A stretch of 32,000 nt of DNA. Source: Ktedonobacterales bacterium (GTDB taxonomy: Bacteria; Chloroflexota; Ktedonobacteria; Ktedonobacterales; JADMIN01). Position numbers and translations under genes: made by a program. This document shows positions 15,482 through 23,347 of the stretch, piece after piece (the stretch's first letter is position 1; every line of letters begins with the position of its first letter). The stretch spans positions 3,780,001 to 3,812,000 of the forward strand of contig CP126532.1 in NCBI GenBank assembly GCA_030167145.1. Reading direction: 5' to 3'. A model generated the notes under the pieces. That model was not told the DNA's origin and made no database searches. It was given only the letters and a program-made list of their open reading frames with translations.

Positions 15482-17128
15482 TTATTGTTCGCCCTCTGTG
15501 GGTGAAGCGGGCAGTTCCGGCTTTGGTTTGCCGCGCAGGGTGAGCGCCGCGACCAGCGACGAGGCCAGCGCCAGCACCGACGCCAACAGCATCGCCACCC
15601 GGAAGCCACGCACATAAGCTGTGCCAATCGCCTGCGTCACCGCGCTCTGTGTGGTGGCGCTTAGTCCGCCGGGGAGTTGGATACCGGCAAGCTGCGTGCG
15701 CTGGCTTTCGAGCGCGTGATGGAGTGCGGGCGAGAGCGGCAGCGCAGCAAGCGCCTGGGTAAAGGCGTTGCTGAAGACGGCGACGACGATCAGCGTGAAC
15801 ACGGCAATCGCCAGCAGGCCGCCGACGCGCGAAACGGCGTTATTGATGCCGGAAGCCGTTCCTACCTGCGCGGGCGGCACGGCATTCATGACGGTCGTGG
15901 TCAGCGGCGCAATGACGATTGCCATGCCCAAACTCAGCACCACCGTCGCGGGAAAGTAGGTCGTCCAATAGCTTCCGCCGATGTATGGCACGGCGAAGAG
16001 GGCGAAGCCAATGGCGGCGATGAATGACCCCACGACCAGCGGTGGCCGCGCGCCATAGCGGTCTACTAAGCCACCAGCCCAGCGCGAAAGCACGAAGATG
16101 ATAATCGTCATCGGCAACAGCGCCGCGCCTGCCTCGACGGCGGAATAGCCCTGCACCTGTTGCAGATTGAAGGGCAGAAAATAGAGCGCGCCGCCGAGGC
16201 CCGCGTACAGCAGCAGCGTCATCAGGTTGACCCCGCTGAAGGTGCGCGAGCGGAACAGGCGCAGCGGCACCATCGGCGTGGTGGGTGGGGTGACATGCGT
16301 TTCGGCGAAGAAGAACGCAACGAGCGCGCCAACGCCAATGAGCAGGCTGACCAGCACCAGCGGCGCGCCCAACCCTACGACGCCCGCGTGAATCAGGCCG
16401 AAGACCAGCGCGCCGAGTCCCAGCGTGACGAGCGCCGCGCCGCGCCAATCGAGCGGTCCGGTGGCGGCGGGGTCGCGGCTTTCGGGGACGTGGCGGAGGG
16501 TAATGGCGACGGTGAGCAGCGCCAGAGGGAGATTGATGAAGAAGATCCAGCGCCACGAGGCAGTCTGAATCAGCCAGCCGCCGACGAGTGGACCAAGAGC
16601 GGAGGTGACGGTGGTGAAGCCCGCCCAGGTGCCGATGGCGCGTCCACGCCGTTGTTCATCAAAGGAGGCGCTGATGATCGCCAGGCTGCCGGGGATGAGC
16701 AGCGCCCCGCCGATGCCCTGGACGGCTCTGGCGAGGATCAGCACGAGCGGGTCAGGGGCGAGACCGCAGAGGACCGAGGCGGCGGTGAAGAGCGCGATGC
16801 CCGTGACGAATATGCGGCGGCGGCCCAGCCGATCACCCAGCGCGCCGCCGACCAGGATGAGCGCCGAAAGGAAGAGGCTATAGGCTTCGATCACCCATTG
16901 CACGTCGGCGGTGGTGGCGTGCAGGTCGCGTTGCAGGGCGGGCAGGGCGATATTGACGACGGTGCCATCAATGAACGCGAGGCTGGAGCCAAGGATCGTT
17001 GCCGCCAGCACCCACGGCGCGGCATTCGCTGTGCAGGGCGCTGTCGAGCGTGCCGAGCGAATCGCCACCTCGTCGCAGGGTGGCCGGACCACAGCAACCA
17101 TGCTAGCGCCATCCTCTCTTCTCGTCAT
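15482..17128 (-). CDS. MFS transporter, DHA2 (EmrB/QacA-like, 14-TMS) drug:H+ antiporter family
   Basis: The 548-aa product is highly hydrophobic. Motifs seen are LAFIDGTVVNIALPALQRDL, GALGDRLGRRRIF (MFS motif A) and LARAVQGIGGALLIP. An AGGTGA RBS overlaps the stop of the upstream gene. Confidence 0.85.
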   Translation of the reverse strand: MTRREDGASMVAVVRPPCDEVAIRSARSTAPCTANAAPWVLAATILGSSLAFIDGTVVNIALPALQRDLHATTADVQWVIEAYSLFLSALILVGGALGDRLGRRRIFVTGIALFTAASVLCGLAPDPLVLILARAVQGIGGALLIPGSLAIISASFDEQRRGRAIGTWAGFTTVTSALGPLVGGWLIQTASWRWIFFINLPLALLTVAITLRHVPESRDPAATGPLDWRGAALVTLGLGALVFGLIHAGVVGLGAPLVLVSLLIGVGALVAFFFAETHVTPPTTPMVPLRLFRSRTFSGVNLMTLLLYAGLGGALYFLPFNLQQVQGYSAVEAGAALLPMTIIIFVLSRWAGGLVDRYGARPPLVVGSFIAAIGFALFAVPYIGGSYWTTYFPATVVLSLGMAIVIAPLTTTVMNAVPPAQVGTASGINNAVSRVGGLLAIAVFTLIVVAVFSNAFTQALAALPLSPALHHALESQRTQLAGIQLPGGLSATTQSAVTQAIGTAYVRGFRVAMLLASVLALASSLVAALTLRGKPKPELPASPTEGEQ

Positions 17129-17134
17129 CGCGCG

Positions 17135-17992
17135 TCACCTGTGCGCATCCGTAACCTGTTCCGCCTCTACCGCGCGACGTTGACGCGCTGCCTCAAACAC
17201 TATCACACTCGCGGCCACTGCCGCATTGAGCGACTCGACCCGATTCCACATCGGAATGCTCACCTGGGCGGTCGCCAGCCGTAGCCCTTCGGCGGAGACG
17301 CCATGGGCCTCGTTGCCGATGAGCAGCGCGGTGCGTTGGGTCAAATCCAGGCTATCGTAGTGGGTGTGGCCGTCCGCAGTGGCTGCGAGCACCTGTTTGA
17401 CCGCTGGCGCACCACGCAGCGCATTCTGCACGTCCTTCCAGTCGCGCGCCTCACGCAGCGGCAGATGAAAGTGCGCCCCCGCGCCCGCGCGCACGACTTT
17501 GGGGTTCAGCGGATCGGCGCAGCCAGGCGTCAGCAGCAACTCATCCACATCCGCCGCCAGCGCCGAACGCAGAATCGTGCCGAGGTTGCCCGGATCGCTG
17601 ATGGCATCCAGCACGAGCAGCAAAGGGCGCATGCGTCCGCGCCGCCGCGCGCGCACCTTCTCCGCCGCGACCTCGCCAGCCGCGACCGCCGCCAGCACAC
17701 CCTGTGGCGAGCGCGTATCCGCGCCGCGCTCTATCGCGATGGGCGCCGCGTCGTAGACCTCCGCGCCCTGCGCGCGCGCATCTTCGATCTGGCCGAGCGT
17801 CTTACGTCCGTCGGCGTTGCGCGCAAGGTCCGCCGGGTCATAGATGATGAGGTGGGGCACGATGCCAGCGTGAAGCGCGGCTTCGAGCAGGTGTGGCCCT
17901 TCGAGCAGAAATGCGCCATGTTCGGCGCGTCCCCTGGGTGTATGCAGCGCGCGCAGCAGAGCGATGTGTTGATTCGACCCGCTGGTAATCAT
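17135..17992 (-). CDS. TrmH/SpoU-family RNA 2'-O-methyltransferase
   Basis: SpoU motifs are present: LLLVLDAISDPGNLGTILRSALAADV, LLIGNEAHGVS and IPMWNRVESLNAAVAASVIVFE. An AAGGAG RBS is present. The position between rplT and pheS matches the Firmicutes ysgA position. Confidence 0.85.
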   Translation of the reverse strand: MITSGSNQHIALLRALHTPRGRAEHGAFLLEGPHLLEAALHAGIVPHLIIYDPADLARNADGRKTLGQIEDARAQGAEVYDAAPIAIERGADTRSPQGVLAAVAAGEVAAEKVRARRRGRMRPLLLVLDAISDPGNLGTILRSALAADVDELLLTPGCADPLNPKVVRAGAGAHFHLPLREARDWKDVQNALRGAPAVKQVLAATADGHTHYDSLDLTQRTALLIGNEAHGVSAEGLRLATAQVSIPMWNRVESLNAAVAASVIVFEAARQRRAVEAEQVTDAHR

Positions 17993-18030
17993 CGTAGTCG
18001 CTCCTTACAGGTGTGCATAGCACAGAGGCG

Positions 18031-18071
18031 CATAGCAAAACGCCGCGCGATCTACGTGATCGGCGCGGCGT
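18031..18071 (-). terminator. Intrinsic terminator downstream of rplT
   Basis: On the minus strand, ACGCCGCGCCGAUC-acgua-GAUCGCGCGGCGU forms a 13-bp GC stem with one bulge. It is followed by UUUUGCUAUG. Confidence 0.6.
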
Positions 18072-18101
18072 GCATCTGGCGGGGTTCCGCGAAAGGACGG
18101 C

Positions 18102-18488
18102 TCAGGCGGTCTTCGCCTGCTTCGCCCGTGCCGTCGCCTGGGCTGCCTGGGCCTTCTTGACCAATTCGCCAAAGACGGCGAGGTCGGTGACGGCGAGGTC
18201 TGCCATAACCTTGCGGTCCACCTGCACGTTGGCCAGTGCCAGGCCGTGCATGAACTGGCTGTAGGACATACCGTAGAGGCGCGACGCGGCGTTGATGCGC
18301 GTGATCCACAGGGCGCGCATGTCGCGCTTGCGGGTGCGGCGGTCGCGGTAGGCATAGCGCAGCGCGTGCATCATGGATTCACGCGCCGTCTTGATCAGAC
18401 GGTGACGCGCGCCGTAATGGCCTTGTGTGCGGCTCAAAACTTTCTTATGCTTGGCGCGGGATGTCACACCCCGCTTGACTCGTGGCAT
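18102..18488 (-). CDS. rplT: 50S ribosomal protein L20
   Basis: The sequence MPRVKRGVTSRAKHKKVLSRTQGHYGARHRLIKTARE..RDRRTRKRDMRALWITRINAA is canonical L20. A GGAGGA RBS is present. Confidence 0.97.
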   Translation of the reverse strand: MPRVKRGVTSRAKHKKVLSRTQGHYGARHRLIKTARESMMHALRYAYRDRRTRKRDMRALWITRINAASRLYGMSYSQFMHGLALANVQVDRKVMADLAVTDLAVFGELVKKAQAAQATARAKQAKTA

Positions 18489-18555
18489 TGCTTTCCTCCA
18501 CCCCCGGACGACATGCTGCTCTCGCTACCGGGGAACCCGAAACACTGGCGAGCGA

Positions 18556-18759
18556 TTAGCCGTAGGGCAGAAGCTTCTTCATTTTGTGCGCGTCACCCAC
18601 CGCCATCACCATCGGCTTGCCGAGTGAACGGTTGCGGTTCGCGTCCTTCTTGCGGCGATACTTGGTCTTTGCGGATCGCATGTGCATATACTTGCCACCG
18701 CCCGTCACGGAGACCCGTTTCGCCGTGGCCTTATGCGTCTTGAGCTTGTACTTCTTCAT
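18556..18759 (-). CDS. rpmI: 50S ribosomal protein L35
   Basis: The sequence MKKYKLKTHKATAKRVSVTGGGKYMHMRSAKTKYRRKK is canonical L35. A GGAGA RBS is present. The gene lies directly upstream of rplT. Confidence 0.95.
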   Translation of the reverse strand: MKKYKLKTHKATAKRVSVTGGGKYMHMRSAKTKYRRKKDANRNRSLGKPMVMAVGDAHKMKKLLPYG

Positions 18760-18841
18760 TCATGTCTCCGGTCGGATATATGTCATCTTGGCGACCGGGC
18801 CGACACCCTGCACATACCGTCCCTTCGTCGCGCACCGAACT

Positions 18842-18871
18842 AGTATACCATAGGCCCATTTTGGCGCGCAA
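18842..18871 (-). promoter_or_regulatory. Sigma-70-type promoter for rpmI-rplT (TTGCGC-N18-TATACT)
   Basis: On the minus strand the -35 TTGCGC is at plus coordinates 18866-18871. The -10 TATACT is at plus coordinates 18842-18847. The -10 lies about 80 nt upstream of the rpmI ATG. The same hexamers occur upstream of rpmB at 28831-28859. Confidence 0.5.
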
Positions 18872-18908
18872 GCATCATTCCTGGTTTTTTCGCCGTCTCG
18901 TGCCATAT

Positions 18909-18967
18909 GGGCTATCCAGTGATGGGGCCGAGCGGCAATCCCGCGCATCTCATTCACTGGATAGCCC
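18909..18967 (-). terminator. Long inverted repeat (14-bp perfect arms) just after the stop of the 18974-19447 gene
   Basis: GGGCTATCCAGTGA (18909-18922) pairs with TCACTGGATAGCCC (18954-18967) across a 31-nt loop. It starts 7 nt after the stop codon. No clear U-tract follows. Confidence 0.45.
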
Positions 18968-18973
18968 CAGCGT

Positions 18974-19447
18974 CTAAAAGGGCTTGAACAACATCAGCCA
19001 GAGGAGAACCAGCAGACCAACGCCACCGGTAATCGCGCTCACCCACGGGCGAACGGTCGCCTGCGTGGCCGCTATCGCTGCGGTGGTGGCTGGTTCTTTC
19101 ACTTGCCCGCGCCCAGTGATGCCCACCGCGAGACGCAGCCGCCGCAGCACTGGTCCCGTCTGGGCCGACATCACGATCCAGACCGCGACCAGCACGCCCA
19201 GCGCGGCCCAGGGCCAGCCCATCGCCCACCAGTTGCCGACGAATGCGGCGCCGATTCCCGCCGCCAGTAGCACCAGCAACGAGATGAACGACGCCATTAG
19301 CGTATTGCCTGAGAGATTGAGCAGCGCACGCAACGCGGTGACATCTTGCTCGGTACGCACGCGAAAGACGACGGCTGCCGATACGCCATGCGCCAGCAGG
19401 AATCCGAAGACCCCCAGCACATGCGCGAAAACGAGCCATTGATACAT
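18974..19447 (-). CDS. Small integral membrane protein (4 predicted TM helices; DUF2269-like?)
   Basis: The product reads MYQWLVFAHVLGVFGFLLAHGVS.. with four hydrophobic segments. ATG 19447 is 8 nt downstream of a GGAGG that lies within the 5-codon extension of the track ORF (19462). The family name is tentative. Confidence 0.6.
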   Translation of the reverse strand: MYQWLVFAHVLGVFGFLLAHGVSAAVVFRVRTEQDVTALRALLNLSGNTLMASFISLLVLLAAGIGAAFVGNWWAMGWPWAALGVLVAVWIVMSAQTGPVLRRLRLAVGITGRGQVKEPATTAAIAATQATVRPWVSAITGGVGLLVLLWLMLFKPF

Positions 19448-19652
19448 CCTGGCTGCCTCCATATCACTGTGAAGTTTGGTACGATAAAGATATATCGCAA
19501 TATATCGAATAATTACGAATTCGCCATCTGTCCTTCTGGACAGTATTCTGAACGCGAGGAAAATAGTCGGAAGCGCACGAGTGTGGCGCTGGCAGAATCC
19601 CTGTTAGCGCCCAGGTTACATTCCCGGCGTTGAGCCAGCGTCGCGCTATGGA

Positions 19653-20954
19653 CTAGCCAAAGATGAGGTTCAGCAGCGCAGTGAAGGTGGGCAGCGCCCA
19701 GAGCGCGCCCGCCGCGAGCAGCCACAGCGCATTGCCGCGCCGCAGCACACGACCCACGGCTGGCAGGCAGTAGATCGCGGCAAGGGTGATGCCCAGAGTG
19801 ACGCGCGCAGAGGCGGTGAGGTCTACATAGGAACCCTGGTGCAGCAGCACGACGAAGAGGAGGATATGCGCCAGCAGATTCCAGATTTCCAGGCGGCGGC
19901 AGCCCTGCCAGACGGCCCAGAGCGCCACGCCAGCGCAGAGGAGCGCGGGGAGGACGACGGTTTCCACCTGCTGTAGCTGATCGTGGCCCCAGGGCCAATA
20001 GGCGAAGAGTCCCTGGAACGGGATGAGCACCGGGAGGTCGCTCGATGTGACACCTGATGAGCCAAGCCATGCCGACAAGAAGAGCTTGTAGAGGGCGAGC
20101 GGCACGACAGCCAGCGCCAGCAGCGCCGTCGCGCCGCGCCACGCGCGTGGCAGGGCGATGGTTCGGCGCATGGTCTGCGCTTCACGTGATATGTCGCCTG
20201 GGCGTAGCGCCCACGCCGCGCCGTAGAAGAGCGCGAAGAGCAACGTCGTTTCGCGGGTCAGCGCGGCAAGCCCGAAGCAGAGGCCCGCCCAGAGATAGCG
20301 CCGCGCGCCGCCAAAGTCATAGAGATAGACCGCCAGCGCCACGAGCGCATAGGCCAGCGGCTCGGTGAGATCGAACTGATAGGCGATGAACAGGCCACCG
20401 GCGAGGCCGTAGACCAGCGCATACCAGGGCGAGTAGCCTTTGCGCCGCAGCCACGCGGCGACAGCGAGCGTGCCGCCGCCGATGGCGAGCAGGTTGATCA
20501 GCAGCATCGTATAGGGCAGCAGATCTGGGCGGCCCAGGGCGAGCAGCCGCGCTAGCATCGGGTAGAGGATGCGGGTGTAGCGATAATTGGGCTTATCGAG
20601 ATAGGGGCTGGCATGGGAGGGGTCAGCGGCGATGAAGTAGGCGAACTGTCCGTCGTAGCCGGCGATGGGCGCGTAGTGGAAATCGGGCGGGAAGGTGATG
20701 ACCTGGCTGGTGTGGCTCTGGTGGGCGAAGCGCTGGCTAATATGCGCGAAGCTATAGATGTCGTTTCCGGCGTTCAGATAGAGCAGCGTCCACAGGCAGT
20801 AGAACGCCAGTGTCAGCGCGGCGACGCTCCACGGCGAGCGCCGCCAGGCGCGGCCATGCTTCGCCGCTATCATGGGCTGTGCGTCCGTGGCTTTTGTCCG
20901 GTTCGCCGCCTGATCCTCCACTCGCACCTTCTTTGCGTTTCGGTTGCTCTGCAT
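19653..20954 (-). CDS. Polytopic membrane protein, GT-C/DUF2029-like glycosyltransferase candidate
   Basis: The 433-aa product has 10 or more hydrophobic segments. It has a periplasmic-loop-like motif (YDGQFAYFIAADPSHASPYLD) and many aromatic or Arg-capped helices. The function is inferred only from this architecture. Confidence 0.5.
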   Translation of the reverse strand: MQSNRNAKKVRVEDQAANRTKATDAQPMIAAKHGRAWRRSPWSVAALTLAFYCLWTLLYLNAGNDIYSFAHISQRFAHQSHTSQVITFPPDFHYAPIAGYDGQFAYFIAADPSHASPYLDKPNYRYTRILYPMLARLLALGRPDLLPYTMLLINLLAIGGGTLAVAAWLRRKGYSPWYALVYGLAGGLFIAYQFDLTEPLAYALVALAVYLYDFGGARRYLWAGLCFGLAALTRETTLLFALFYGAAWALRPGDISREAQTMRRTIALPRAWRGATALLALAVVPLALYKLFLSAWLGSSGVTSSDLPVLIPFQGLFAYWPWGHDQLQQVETVVLPALLCAGVALWAVWQGCRRLEIWNLLAHILLFVVLLHQGSYVDLTASARVTLGITLAAIYCLPAVGRVLRRGNALWLLAAGALWALPTFTALLNLIFG

Positions 20955-21084
20955 GCTGGACGGCCTGCCTATATGGCCTGCCTCTACTATAGCGTGGGCA
21001 TGATACTATGAGGGCATCGCTTCTGAACAGTTCGGACTCGCTGAACAGGACCATCCATCTCCGCAGACGAGAGGAGCGCGCCGC

Positions 21085-21975
21085 ATGATTCCTACCGAAA
21101 TTGTTTCGATGATGGAGCGCAGGCGCATCGTCGCCGAGGTGCGAACGGCCACGGCAATTCAGGCGCTGGGTGTGGTAGATGCGCTGGCGGCGGCTGGTGT
21201 CAATGCTATTGAGGTCTCACTGACCATCCCCGGCGTGAACGAAATCTTGTCGCACATGGCCACGCGGCGCGATGTCTTCGTCGGCGCGGGGGCTGTGCTG
21301 GATGCACGCCAGGCGATGCTGGCGATCTCCAGCGGGGCGCGTTTTATCGCCTCACCGATTCTCGCCCCCGACCTCGTGCCGGTCTGCAACGATGCGAATG
21401 TCGCCTGCGTGCTGGGCGCGTTGACGCCGACCGAGATCATCGCTGCGCAGCACGCGGGCGCGCAGATGGTGAAGGTGTTCCCGGCTGAGGCGCTGGGCGG
21501 CCCGATGTATATTCGCGCGCTGCTGAGGCAGCTCACCCACGTCAGCCTGCAAGTCTCTGGCGGCTTCACGGCGCAGAATATGGGCGAATATCTGGCACTG
21601 CCGGTGAAGACGCTGGCGCTGGGCACGCTGCTGGTGCCGCGTCCGCTGGTGGAGCGCGGCAACTGGCAGGCGATCACCAATCGTGCGCGAGCCTTCGTCG
21701 AATTCGTGGCGAATCCGCATGCGAACGCGGCGCGCTTCCTGGCGATGATGGGTATCGCTCCACAGCCGCAAGCACCAGCACCGATGCCCATTGATCCGCG
21801 TATCGCGGCGATTGCGGGCATGCCCACCGTCAACGTGCCGCCAGAGATTGCGGCGGCGATGGCAGCGATGGTCAGCGGCTCAGGGCAGGCGGACCCCGGC
21901 GCGGTGAGTGGCAGCTTTCACCCGTGGGACTCGCGTCCGGTGGAGATGGGCGATGACGAGGATTGGCTGCGTTAA
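21085..21975 (+). CDS. KDPG/KHG aldolase (Eda) family protein with a ~100-aa low-complexity C-terminal extension
   Basis: Motifs seen are AIEVSLTIPG (Glu), VGAGAVLD and GAQMVKVFPAEALGG (Schiff-base Lys context). A GAGAGGAG RBS is present. The C-terminal tail is Pro/Ala/Met-rich and ends in DDEDWLR. Confidence 0.75.
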   Translation: MIPTEIVSMMERRRIVAEVRTATAIQALGVVDALAAAGVNAIEVSLTIPGVNEILSHMATRRDVFVGAGAVLDARQAMLAISSGARFIASPILAPDLVPVCNDANVACVLGALTPTEIIAAQHAGAQMVKVFPAEALGGPMYIRALLRQLTHVSLQVSGGFTAQNMGEYLALPVKTLALGTLLVPRPLVERGNWQAITNRARAFVEFVANPHANAARFLAMMGIAPQPQAPAPMPIDPRIAAIAGMPTVNVPPEIAAAMAAMVSGSGQADPGAVSGSFHPWDSRPVEMGDDEDWLR

Positions 21976-22138
21976 CGGGCGAGGTACTCAACGTCAACGG
22001 CGGCTGGCTCTTTGGCCGCTGAGACGAGACGCCCAAGTCTGGATGACCGGCAACCGCAAGCGATATAGTCTGGCAGAAGACCACTGACCACGAGACGCCA
22101 GCGCTTGTCTAGCACTTGCCACGATTCACGCACACCCA

Positions 22139-22774
22139 ATGGGAAAACCATCCATGCGACAAGATATCAGCCAGGATACCAGTCACGATACCAGCGTCGA
22201 AGCATCGGCGGCTCCAAGTGCGCCGCCCGCTGCGCCCCGGCGCAAGCGCCAGAGCCGCATCTGGCGGCGCACGACGATGCGCCGCGCCATCATCGAAGCG
22301 GTGCTGCTCTTCGCCGCCGGGCGGCTGATGGGCGCGGTACCGTTCGATGGATGGCCCGCCGCGATGGAGCCGCTGATCGTCATTCCGCTGGCGCGGCTCG
22401 TGCTGGCGTTCCTGCCGCCAATCTGGGCTGCCTCGCGCGTGGTCTCGACCAAGCGCGAGAAGATGAGCCGCCGCTTCTGGAAGCTGGGGCCGCTGCTGGC
22501 GGTGTATTGCACGCTGGCTGATACGGTGATTGCGCTGGCGCTGGGCGAAACGACTGGTTTTCTTGGCTGGCCGGACGCCTATGGGCCGGTCATTCAGCGC
22601 TTCGGGGCACATGGCGCGGCGGCGCTGGCGCCGGGTGACTTTGTCTTCGGCGCGCTCAAGATGTTGGTGACGCTGGGCATCTACTTCACTATCGCCGTTG
22701 TCTGTACGCGCCTCGCCAACGGCGGCTTTATGCGCTTCACCATGCCCGCGGGCAATGGCCGCGTGACGCTGTAA
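22139..22774 (+). CDS. Hypothetical membrane protein
   Basis: The 211-aa ORF has a polar, basic N-terminus (..RRKRQSRIWRR..) followed by about 5 hydrophobic segments. There is no recognisable family and no clear RBS at 22139. Internal ATG 22154 is an alternative start. Confidence 0.45.
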   Translation: MGKPSMRQDISQDTSHDTSVEASAAPSAPPAAPRRKRQSRIWRRTTMRRAIIEAVLLFAAGRLMGAVPFDGWPAAMEPLIVIPLARLVLAFLPPIWAASRVVSTKREKMSRRFWKLGPLLAVYCTLADTVIALALGETTGFLGWPDAYGPVIQRFGAHGAAALAPGDFVFGALKMLVTLGIYFTIAVVCTRLANGGFMRFTMPAGNGRVTL

Positions 22775-23347
22775 CTATTACTGCCAGCCGCCTCACAGAT
22801 ACTAACCGCACGCATTTTCTATCACAGTGCGATAAATCAAGCGAACGCCTATCGCGAAATTGGCGAATCCATCCTCCTGCCAATTGGGATCATCTGGGAT
22901 TTCTATTCCTTCACATAGCTGAAAAATCAAGCCTTAGCTAGCATGTCATCAAACGAACGATAACCACTGGACAGACCATGCCAGATGTTGTACAGTGTGC
23001 CTCACATCTCGTGTTCGGGCGCAATTCTCGTCATCTTTTGCATACAGGCGAGGCATATCCAGTCACATTGCGGTTTCTCGGTGTGTGGACATAGGGCTGT
23101 CAGCAATCTACGTGGGGAGGAGGTGGGCAGGTAGAGCATGCTGCGATATGCAAATTCGATGGCCCTCATGCATTTTGCCGAGCAAACGGGCCATTATGCG
23201 GCGCGGTCCGTTATGCAGATCCAGCATCAATAGCGCACCTGGCAGCACGCGCACCGAAGAGATAGGCGACTCTACAGGATTGTGGGTTCCATTCGGCTCT
23301 GCCGTGGTGGCGACATCTTGCCACCACGCTCAAAGGAGAGACACCGC

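Noticed and set aside
16160-17284. Long opposite-strand or alternative-frame ORFs in the track: 16160-17284 (+), 3597-4808 (+), 7776-8534 (-), 17303-18160 (+), 26969-28201 (+), 13110-13835 (+), 19513-20142 (-), 2747-3409 (-) and 5765-6418 (-).
   Set aside because: Each lies antisense to, or out of frame with, a gene that has clear family motifs. Their products are Arg/Ala/Gly/Pro-rich with no recognisable motifs. This is the expected stop-codon-poor shadow ORF artefact of GC-rich DNA.
21025-21048. GAACAGTTC and a repeated CTGAACAG upstream of the eda-like gene, considered as a second SOS box.
   Set aside because: The half-site spacing is 1 nt rather than 4, so it does not fit GAAC-N4-GTTC. 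It may be another regulator's site, but nothing supports that.
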